Positions 1 to 7,680 of a DNA stretch of 31,744 nucleotides are shown here, one piece after another. Position 1 is the stretch's first letter; every line of letters starts with the position of its first letter. The position numbers and the translations under genes are program-made. Origin of the DNA: Armatimonadota bacterium (GTDB lineage: Bacteria > Armatimonadota > Zipacnadia > Zipacnadales > FEN-943); contig JAKORR010000405.1 of the NCBI GenBank assembly GCA_029777735.1, positions 1-31,744 on the forward strand. Direction: 5' to 3'. The notes under the pieces are model-generated. The model was not told where the DNA came from, searched no databases, and was given only the letters and a program-made list of their open reading frames with translations.

Positions 1-345
1 CGATCCAGGCCAAACAAAGTGCTTGGGACACCTCGCAGCTCATTAATACCCAGCACAAGGTGGTGCGGTCGGTTACGGACATGGACGAGGTAGCTTGGCA
101 CTGGGGGCGGGGCGTGTTCAGGGTGAACGCACCCAAGGCCCAGGGCGTGGTGGGCTTCGTGGGCCAGGTGGGCGCCTTCGCACTGGGGAATGGGACGGCT
201 GCAGGAAGAGCAACTACGCGAACGTGCTCGTCGTGGTGCTGGACGATATAGACCACTGGAACAGTCTGAGCGCGTTGTTGGTGCAGGTGGGAACAATCGC
301 ACGGTCAAATAGCCTTTCGCGCTACAGCGTTGGGAGCCAGGGCCG
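1..345 (+). pseudogene. Frameshifted or truncated C-terminal remnant of a large carbohydrate-active protein (5' part lies outside the window)
   Basis: Frame +3 is open from base 3 (IQAKQSAWDTSQLINTQHKVVRSVTDMDEVAWHWGRGVFRVNAPKAQGVVGFVGQVGAFALG). The similarity continues in frame +2 from about 200 (SNYANVLVVVLDD...ALLVQVGTIAR). Together these resemble the W-x-x-x-x-G-x-x-x-x-N-x-P-x-x-Q-G-x-x-G-F...LLVQVGT tail I recall from CBM-containing glycoside hydrolases. The right boundary is approximate. Confidence 0.55.
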
Positions 346-410
346 CGGAGGAAGACGCCGAATCGGCCTCGGGCAATCGCTGATCGCTTTGTCTAGAGGG
401 GTGTAAAGCC

Positions 411-2798
411 TTGAGCAACTTTGTGCTTGTCTTTGTGTTGGGCGGTTCACTAATCCTCACCTTTCTGGTGGCGACGGGCCTGGGCGATGCCCAGGAGCAG
501 GACTTCGAGGCGCGGGTAAAGGCAATCGCCGAGATGCTGCCGGAGCAGGCGACTGGTCTGGGTCGGCCGGCCAACGACCGTGCTGCATGGGAGAAACTGA
601 GGCAGCAGGAGTGGGCGGAGGGCCTCCTGCGGCGCGCGGAAGCCCTGCTGACCGAGCCGCTCCCTGAGCAGCCCGATGACCTCTACCTCGACTTCTCGCG
701 CACGGGCAACAGGTCGCGGTGGCAGAGGGTGTCTGGACAGCGGCGCGGGAGAATTGCGCCGCTGGTCCTGGCTGAGTGCTTGGAGAACAAGGGCCGGTTC
801 CTGCCGGCCTTCGAGGAGTTGGTGAGAGCCCTCTGCGCCGAGCGTACCTGGGTGATGCCTGCCCACGACGAAAAATTGACCAATTTCGAAGGCACGAGCA
901 TCGACATTGACTTGGCGTCCTCAGCCCTGGCCTGGCAGTTGGCGACGGCGGCCTATGTGCTGGGTGACAAGCTCAGCAGCGAAGTGCGCCAGTTGATTCG
1001 CGACAGTGTGCGGCGATTCGTGCTGGATCCGTACATGGACATGGTGATGGGGAAGAGGCCGCGGAACTGGTGGATGAACACGACCAACAATTGGAACGCA
1101 GTGTGCCTGGCTGGGGTAACCGGCGCCGGGTTGGCACAGGTCGAGAGACGCGAGGACCGGGCCCGGTTCGTAGCCGCCGCCGAGCTCTACTCGCGCAACT
1201 TCCTCGCAGGCTTCACCCCTGACGGCTACTGCAGTGAGGGGTTGGGCTACTGGAACTACGGCTTCGGCCACTACGTGTTGCTGGCTGAGACTGTGGCTCA
1301 GGCAACAGGCGGCCAAGTGGATCTGCTGGCCCGCCCGGAAGCCAGGCAGCCCGCGCTTTTTGGCCTTCGCATACAGATCATCAACGGCGTGTCGCCTGCC
1401 TTTGCGGACTGCAGCATCGATGCCCGTCCCGCGGCGCCGACGATGTATTACCTTAACCGGCGCTTTAACCTGGGTTTGCAGGAATACGACGAGCTCTCAC
1501 CGGAATCGGTAATAAACACCCTAACTGAGGCACTCATATTCCTTTTCTCCAATACTCTGTCAACACTGGAGCCAGCAAGTGAGGGCGCCGCCCCTGAGCT
1601 TGAGCTGCGTACATACTTCGAGCACGCGGGAATACTTCTTGGGCGGCCTAAGAAAGGTTCGCCCTGCCGCCTAGGCGTGGCCCTCAAAGGCGGGCACAAC
1701 AACGAGCATCACAACCACAACGACGTGGGGACGTACGTGGTGGTGCTTGGCGAGCGCGCCCTACTGCTTGACCCCGGCTCAGAGGTCTACACGGCACGGA
1801 CCTTCAGCTCACGGCGCTATGAGAGCAACCTGCTCAACTCCTATGGACACCCGGTGCCGGTGGTGGCCGGAAAGCTCCAGCGAACGGGAAGTGAGGCCCG
1901 GGCCGAGGTTCTCCGCACCGAGTTTAGTGAAGCCCAGGACCTCTTTGCGCTTGACCTGAAGGCCGCCTACGATGTGCCGGAGCTGACGAAGCTGGAGCGT
2001 ACCTTCGTCTACTCACGCGAAGGCCAGGGTTCCCTGACGGTTACCGATCGGGTGGAGTATTCACAGCCCCAGACCTTCGAAACGGCGCTGCTGACGCTCG
2101 GCCAATGGGAGCTACTGGAGGCAACCTCGCTGCTCGTCTACGACGCCCAGGAAGCGGTACGGGTGGACGTGGAGAGTCCCGACTGCGGGTTTAAGGTCAA
2201 AGCGGAAGAGATCATCGAGGAGGGCGCCCACCCGACACGGCTAGGGATCGTGCTCGATAGGCCGGTCCAAGCGGCGACTGTGACGATGCGCATAACACCC
2301 TACACGGACCAAATGGACGGCGGGGTGTCGGGGCTGCTGCGCAACGGAGGCTTCGAGAGGGGCGTGTGGGGCTGGGAACTGCCGGCCGGGTGCCTGGGTA
2401 GCATCTCGGAGGAGCGAGCCGCGGGAGGTAGCCGGTCGCTCAAGATTGTGGATCAGTCGAAGACAGCGGGCTCAAACATAAGCTCAGTGCCGATCCCCGC
2501 GCCGGGGGGCGGGCCCTTTGAGATACGCGGCAAGGTGTTGCACGTCTCTGGGACGGGTATCGGCATGTATGTGCGGTACCTGGACGCCCGGCGCCGCTTG
2601 CTCAATGAGATCGACGCCAAGGGGAACATGGCGCCGGTGGGATCCCTCACGGGAGCCCTAGGGGAGTGGGTTCCCTTCGCCTTCCGGTTCGAGGCGCCGA
2701 AGGAGACTGCGTTCCTGCAGGTGTGGATTCACAGCTACAACGCCGCTGAGGTAGAGGCCTATCTGGATGACCTGGAACTGGTAGCGGTGGAGCAGTAG
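411..2798 (+). CDS. Secreted heparinase II/III-family polysaccharide lyase-like protein with C-terminal CBM4/9-like module
   Basis: 795 aa. TTG start with GAGGGG 9 nt upstream and a hydrophobic N-terminus. Motifs NNWNAVC, EGLGYWNYG and GGHNNEHHNHNDVG. C-terminal module LLRNGGFERGVWGW...YLDDLEL. Confidence 0.8.
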   Translation: MSNFVLVFVLGGSLILTFLVATGLGDAQEQDFEARVKAIAEMLPEQATGLGRPANDRAAWEKLRQQEWAEGLLRRAEALLTEPLPEQPDDLYLDFSRTGNRSRWQRVSGQRRGRIAPLVLAECLENKGRFLPAFEELVRALCAERTWVMPAHDEKLTNFEGTSIDIDLASSALAWQLATAAYVLGDKLSSEVRQLIRDSVRRFVLDPYMDMVMGKRPRNWWMNTTNNWNAVCLAGVTGAGLAQVERREDRARFVAAAELYSRNFLAGFTPDGYCSEGLGYWNYGFGHYVLLAETVAQATGGQVDLLARPEARQPALFGLRIQIINGVSPAFADCSIDARPAAPTMYYLNRRFNLGLQEYDELSPESVINTLTEALIFLFSNTLSTLEPASEGAAPELELRTYFEHAGILLGRPKKGSPCRLGVALKGGHNNEHHNHNDVGTYVVVLGERALLLDPGSEVYTARTFSSRRYESNLLNSYGHPVPVVAGKLQRTGSEARAEVLRTEFSEAQDLFALDLKAAYDVPELTKLERTFVYSREGQGSLTVTDRVEYSQPQTFETALLTLGQWELLEATSLLVYDAQEAVRVDVESPDCGFKVKAEEIIEEGAHPTRLGIVLDRPVQAATVTMRITPYTDQMDGGVSGLLRNGGFERGVWGWELPAGCLGSISEERAAGGSRSLKIVDQSKTAGSNISSVPIPAPGGGPFEIRGKVLHVSGTGIGMYVRYLDARRRLLNEIDAKGNMAPVGSLTGALGEWVPFAFRFEAPKETAFLQVWIHSYNAAEVEAYLDDLELVAVEQ

Positions 2799-3093
2799 CC
2801 AGCGCGCACGGCGGCGTCTCAGAACTCCCAGGACTTGAGTACGCCGTCCCGTCGGACGCACACAGGCGTAGCCAGTCAAGCGCCCTGACACCCAGCCGCG
2901 GGCCTGCGCATCAGGGCGCCGACTCGCTATTGCAGCGCTTGGTCCTGTCTAGGACTGTCGGCTTCGGCTCCCCAGTCGGCGGAAGGTATTGATCCCACAC
3001 AGGGTGAAACCCGGACAAACACCTCGGCCGGGCTTCCCGGTCATCTCTGCGCCTAGCCGGGCGCGAATCTGCTCGATAGGAAAAGAGGATTCC

Positions 3094-4080
3094 ATGGAAT
3101 ACCGCATCCTGGGTCGCACGGGTATGAGCGTGAGCCTGCTCTCAATGGGCGGGCTGTTTGTGTCGAAGATCGCTGGTGAAGACCGCCAGCGGGCCTACAA
3201 GGCCGTGCGTCGGGCGCTGGAGCTAGGCGTCAACTATGTGGACACCGCTCCGAGCTATCTCGACAGTGAGGAAGTACTGGGGGAGGCGCTGGAAGGCGTG
3301 CCCCAACCCTACATCATCTCGACGAAGCTTGGCGGCAAGCCTCAACCCTTCGATCCCAGAAACTTGGATCACCTCAAGTTCTCCTTCGAAGACAGCCTGC
3401 GACTGCTCAAGCGCGACTACGTGGATATTCTTATGGTCCACGAACCCGACCGGCCGCAGTACCACGACTGGTGGACGGACTGGGAGAACTTCACCGGCCC
3501 TGTGACGGAGTACCTGGCCGAGTTGAAGGCCGAGGGCCTTATCCGTTTCACGGGTCTAGGTGGTACCACCCCCTACATTATGGCGCGTATCTGCGCCACC
3601 GGGCAGTACGACGTGGTGCTGACGGCCTTCAACTATAGCCTGCTGTGGCGCGAGGCGGCCCTTGCTGTGCTGCCGGAGGCCAAGAAACAGAACATGGGCA
3701 TCATCATCGGCTCGCCTCTGCAGCAGGGCTGGCTGTCACGGCGCTTCGACGACGAGGTGAGGGCCTGGCCTGCCTGGCTCAGCCCACAGCGTCGGGAGCA
3801 GTTCCTGGCACTGTACGCATTAGTGGACGAGATAGGCATGCAGTTGACTGACGTGGCAATTCGGTGGATCATCTCGAACCCTGATATCACTACGACACTG
3901 ATGGGTGCCCGCTCTGTGGAGGAAGTGGAGATGAACGTGGCCGCTGTCAACGCCGGCCCACTGCCGGCCGGCGTGATAGCGAAACTGGACGAGATCGCTG
4001 CGACGGTGCCCTATCGGCCCCACACAGAGCCCTTTGGCTGCGGCTTCGGCGGGCACTACCGGGGGCCGGGTCTCACCTAG
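3094..4080 (+). CDS. Aldo/keto reductase
   Basis: ATG at 3094 after AAGAGGA (the ORF-track start at 2989 is over-extended). MEYRILGRTGMSVSLLSMGG, YVDTAPSY (catalytic D/Y), ISTK and MVHEP. Confidence 0.9.
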   Translation: MEYRILGRTGMSVSLLSMGGLFVSKIAGEDRQRAYKAVRRALELGVNYVDTAPSYLDSEEVLGEALEGVPQPYIISTKLGGKPQPFDPRNLDHLKFSFEDSLRLLKRDYVDILMVHEPDRPQYHDWWTDWENFTGPVTEYLAELKAEGLIRFTGLGGTTPYIMARICATGQYDVVLTAFNYSLLWREAALAVLPEAKKQNMGIIIGSPLQQGWLSRRFDDEVRAWPAWLSPQRREQFLALYALVDEIGMQLTDVAIRWIISNPDITTTLMGARSVEEVEMNVAAVNAGPLPAGVIAKLDEIAATVPYRPHTEPFGCGFGGHYRGPGLT

Positions 4081-4200
4081 CCAGTACAGGTCGCACCACC
4101 CCCTCGGTGAGCACCACAAGAGGAGCCAGATATGCCAGGGCGCCGCGGGTAGTGCTTAGCCTCAGCGCTCCAGAGTCTGACACGTGGCCGCAAGTTCAGA

Positions 4201-4229
4201 TTGCTTAATGTAGTAAAATGAAATATAAT
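4201..4229 (+). promoter_or_regulatory. Sigma70-type promoter of the TA operon
   Basis: TTGCTT (4201-4206), 17 bp spacer, TATAAT (4224-4229), in an AT-rich patch. Confidence 0.75.
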
Positions 4230-4237
4230 GCATTATA
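4224..4237. promoter_or_regulatory. Perfect 14-bp palindromic operator overlapping the -10 box
   Basis: TATAATGCATTATA is its own reverse complement. Confidence 0.7.
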
Positions 4238-4260
4238 CTCCTTCGCAGGGCGTGATTGGC

Positions 4261-4581
4261 GTGGTGAAAAATTCATCTAGCGAAAAGTGGCTTCGTCCCA
4301 AGGAGGCAGCGACGTATCTGGGCATCTCCTTGAGCACCCTTTACTCCTGGCGCAAACGGGGCATCGTGCGATTCTACCGACTAGGACCGCGGGTTGTTGC
4401 ACTGCTGCGTGAGGATCTGGACCGGCTCGCGAGCCCGGCTTTGGCAGAAGAGGAAGGGCCAGAAGCCGTCGATACTATCTCAGCCCTGCGCGTCCTCCAC
4501 CAGCGCATGTACGAGCGCTACGGCGTCACCGAGGAGAGCACCGGCGTGATACGCCAGGCCCGGGAGGCCAGGGGACGGTGA
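4261..4581 (+). CDS. Putative antitoxin: excisionase/MerR-like (HTH_17) N-terminal domain plus VapB-like C-terminal tail
   Basis: KWLRPKEAATYLGISLSTLYSWRKRG..RFYRLG is an Xis-type wHTH. The tail ESTGVIRQAREARGR follows. The stop overlaps the PIN start (GTGA, 4578-4581). ATG 4228 lies inside the -10 box, so GTG 4261 or 4264 is preferred as the start. Confidence 0.75.
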   Translation: MVKNSSSEKWLRPKEAATYLGISLSTLYSWRKRGIVRFYRLGPRVVALLREDLDRLASPALAEEEGPEAVDTISALRVLHQRMYERYGVTEESTGVIRQAREARGR

Positions 4582-4994
4582 ATAGAGTCTGCGTGGATGC
4601 CTCAGTGGCGATAAAGTGGGTGGCGCCAGAACCGGGCAGTGACGCGGCCCTCGATCTGTTGGAGCAGTGGGGACCCCACGCTGAGCTGTGGGTGCCCGAT
4701 TTGTTCTTCGCCGAGTGCGCAAACGCACTGCGGCACAAGGCTGTTTATGGTCCGGTCAGCCCAGAGGACGCCCAGCAGATGCTGCAAGGGCTGCTTCAGA
4801 TCGAGTACCAGAGGGTCTCCGGGTGGGATGTGGCCGAGGAAGCACTGGATTTGGCTCTGCGGACTGGTCTCACCGTGTGGGATGCCTGCTACCTGGTTGT
4901 GGCGCGGCGTGTGGAGGCCGACTTGTGGACCGCAGACAAGACGCTGTACGAGCACGGGAGTCGGGCGCACGCTGCCGTGCGGCTTCTCGGGTAG
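4578..4994 (+). CDS. vapC: PIN-domain ribonuclease toxin (VapC family)
   Basis: 138 aa. The acidic tetrad is intact: VCVDASVAIKW, FAECANAL, TVWDACY, LWTADKTL. Confidence 0.9.
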   Translation: MNRVCVDASVAIKWVAPEPGSDAALDLLEQWGPHAELWVPDLFFAECANALRHKAVYGPVSPEDAQQMLQGLLQIEYQRVSGWDVAEEALDLALRTGLTVWDACYLVVARRVEADLWTADKTLYEHGSRAHAAVRLLG

Positions 4995-5358
4995 CCTAGG
5001 GACTTGGGCAGCTTGGGCCGAGACAGGAGGAGTGGCGGGTTGCATAGAGTGCAGCCGAGGCTTGCGTGAGGTTTGCGTCAGGAACGGGCATAGCCTGAGC
5101 TCCCGTGACGAGAGGCCGAAGAAATAGACATAAGAAGCATTAGGTGACCAAGGACGGCCACCCCAGCCTCCTTCCGTACCCCTCGGCCAAAGAAGTAAGG
5201 CGCCCCTCCCCCCGGTCCCTTCGCTTGCCCCCTCTTCCGTCCCGGTCTCGTCGCTCCAACATCAGGCTAGAGCCGGCCAGATCGCAGGGGGGCGAGGGCG
5301 CTCATATCACAGGGACGCCACCCCTCCCCTGCGGGCCGCCATGGTGAGCCACAAAGGT

Positions 5359-5745
5359 TCAGATAGCCCATCCCGGGCGTGCCGAGGACTTCTGGGTGGC
5401 GGCTATCCACCGACCGTTCCAGTCAGCGGCCTTCATGCTGTTTGACACCCGCTCATCGAACTAGACCCCTGCGGCGATGACTACGAAATACTCGTATTAC
5501 ATACGACAAAGTTGCAGGTTGACGAAAACCTCGATGCTGTCGTCTTCCTAGACGGGGGCGTCGCGCTGCCCCAGGACGTTCTTGATGCGTTCCACCTGGC
5601 CCTCCCGACACATAAAGCTCAGATAAGTGAGGTGGTCATCGGACAGGACGCAGACTTCTCAGGCTTTGGTTTGCACGGGGTAGACCCGGCGCCCGGAAAG
5701 TGGTATAAGGGTACGTTGGTTGTGCGATCCGATCCAGCAAAGTAG
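5359..5745 (-). pseudogene. Decayed CBM9-like / DOMON-type sugar-binding domain gene
   Basis: A single minus frame reads ...QTKA*EVCVLSDDHLTYLSFMCREGQVERIKNVLGQRDAPV*EDDSIEVFVNLQLCRM*YEYFVVIAAGV*FDERVSNSMKAADWNGRWIAATQKSSARPGWAI*. Stops fall at 5659-5661, 5548-5550, 5497-5499, 5461-5463 and 5359-5361. It matches the RDxxVWxDDSIEVF...YxFxVNxxGxxFD signature. Boundaries are approximate. Confidence 0.75.
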
Positions 5746-5934
5746 TCAGGCCGCCGCAGCGCGCGAGGCAGCAGCTACGGGAAGGCGCGGGCGTCTCCAC
5801 CTCGTCCGTGCAGGCAGCGCCAAAACCTCGGCGCGGCCTGGATGCCCTAACTCATTTGTCGGAGGTATCCTTCTGTTGGGACTTGGCGCGCGCGGCGAAT
5901 CCTACTCGTCCAGCGATGACTGGAGGGATGTGAA

Positions 5935-7098
5935 GTGCAGTATAGGCAAGTCGGCAACACAGGCATTAGCGTTTCGGTACTGGGGCATGGGACGATGCGG
6001 TACAAGAGTCGTGAGAATGCAGCGGAGATGATAGCCCATGGCCTGCGTTTGGGCCTGACATACTTCGATATAGGTTCGGCCTACTCATTCAAGGCCTTCG
6101 ACGATAACGCGGAGACCTGGGTGGGCGAGGCGCTGCGTGGGGTGCCACGCGAGAGTGTCGTACTTTCAGCTAAGGCCCAGCCGCGCCACGGCGAGACCAA
6201 GCTTGACCGAGGCCTGGGTATTGACACTCGTGACGACATGTGGCGATGTATCGAGAACTCCCTGAAACGAGTGGGTGTCGAGTACTTCGACTTCTACCAG
6301 TTCTGGGACATGAGCGCCGATGATCACTTCGACGCGGCCTGTGTCGGCGACGACTCGCCGCTGGTAGCAATGCGCGAGGCGAAGGAACAGGGCCTGGTGC
6401 GGCATCTAGGCTTCACGAGCCACGCGCAGGCGGACCAGATCATTCGCTGGCTCGAGGCGGTGCCGGACTTCCGATTCATCACGGTTTACTACAACTTCAT
6501 GGACACAGCACCCGAAGCGGCCATTAATTTCGCCTACGAGCATAATATCGGCGTGGCGATCATGGGGCCGTTGCGCGGTGGACTGCTGGTCGGCGAGTCA
6601 GAGGTCTTCGCGCAGGCGCTGCCTGAGTTCGCGGGCCTACCGGTGCAGGAAATCGCGCTGCGATTCCTGCTAAGCACACCGGCCATCAGCACCGTGCTGT
6701 CAGGGATGAATGAGATTGCCCATATGGACCAAAACGCGGCCGTTGCCAGCCTGGAGAACCCAATGACGCCGGAGCAGCGTCAGCGATTCATCGAGGCCTT
6801 CCGGGAGTTTAGCAAGGGCGAGCCGCTATGCACGGGCTGCCGCTACTGCGCAGGCGTATGTCCTCAAGGACTGCCAGTGGCGCACATGATGCCCCTGTAC
6901 CAGCTTGCGGAGGTCTTCAAGGTGGCCAGCGCCAACGCCCATATCAAGAGCATGGCAGGTCACCAGCGTCTGGACCCAGCCAAGTGCGTGGCGTGCGGTC
7001 TGTGCGTGGATAAGTGTCCCCAGAAGTTGCCCATACCGGAGCGCATGCAGAGGCTGGCCGAGTTGTCCGCCGAGCTTCAGGAAGCTGCAGTAGAGTAG
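5935..7098 (+). CDS. Aldo/keto reductase with C-terminal 2x[4Fe-4S] domain (COG1453-like)
   Basis: GTG start after GGAGGGA. YFDIGSAY and LSAK in the AKR core. C-terminal CTGCRYCAGVCP and CVACGLCVDKCP. Confidence 0.9.
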   Translation: MQYRQVGNTGISVSVLGHGTMRYKSRENAAEMIAHGLRLGLTYFDIGSAYSFKAFDDNAETWVGEALRGVPRESVVLSAKAQPRHGETKLDRGLGIDTRDDMWRCIENSLKRVGVEYFDFYQFWDMSADDHFDAACVGDDSPLVAMREAKEQGLVRHLGFTSHAQADQIIRWLEAVPDFRFITVYYNFMDTAPEAAINFAYEHNIGVAIMGPLRGGLLVGESEVFAQALPEFAGLPVQEIALRFLLSTPAISTVLSGMNEIAHMDQNAAVASLENPMTPEQRQRFIEAFREFSKGEPLCTGCRYCAGVCPQGLPVAHMMPLYQLAEVFKVASANAHIKSMAGHQRLDPAKCVACGLCVDKCPQKLPIPERMQRLAELSAELQEAAVE

Positions 7099-7199
7099 AC
7101 TGTAGACTTCGGTAGGCTCTTTGAGGCTTCGGCTGAGCAGCAGCCCCTTCGGCACGGGTCTGCGGGGTAGGTGGTGTGCGACGGGGCAAGGGCGTCTGC

Positions 7200-7418
7200 T
7201 TAGTGAGGTTTGAACCACACGGCCACCACCATGAGGAAGATGGCCAGCTGAGTCATCATCAGCGCGTCAAAGACATCGCCGCGGTGGTACCTGGGCATGG
7301 CCGCGATTAGAACGGCAGCGGCCCCGAGGGCTAGGCAGTTTGACAGAACCGTCATGATGATCCGACGTATGCTCCGGTTCACATCGCGGTCGCGGTCCTT
7401 GGTCTCGCTCTCCGCCAT
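7200..7418 (-). CDS. Small hypothetical membrane protein (2 predicted TM helices)
   Basis: 72 aa with GGAGAG upstream of the ATG. Hydrophobic segments IIMTVLSNCLALGAAAVLIAAM and ALMMTQLAIFLMVVAVWF. Confidence 0.55.
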   Translation of the reverse strand: MAESETKDRDRDVNRSIRRIIMTVLSNCLALGAAAVLIAAMPRYHRGDVFDALMMTQLAIFLMVVAVWFKPH

Positions 7419-7680
7419 CTGCTATCACTCTCCGCAAAGGTAACTGCTAGGGGATCGAGGACTCGCGCATCCGTACGCCAAGATAAGGTCCCACCGTCCG
7501 CGCACACTCTGTACTTTAGGCTGCATCAATGCTCGTGTAAACCAAAGGCGAGAGACTGGCTGGGGGCTTAGGGGCCGGGTGGTGTAGGCCTTGCCGGGCG
7601 GAGGTCTACAGGCCGTACGGGCGAAGGCTAACTTGACTGCGACTTATGACAGTGGGTAAGCGCTGAGTCCCACGGAAAGG

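Noticed and set aside
4228-4581. Xis-like gene as evidence of a prophage or ICE
   Set aside because: No integrase, tRNA, att-like repeats or phage genes are nearby, and it is translationally coupled to a PIN toxin.
5512-5745. 77-aa plus-strand ORF
   Set aside because: It is the mirror of the minus-strand CBM9-like pseudogene.
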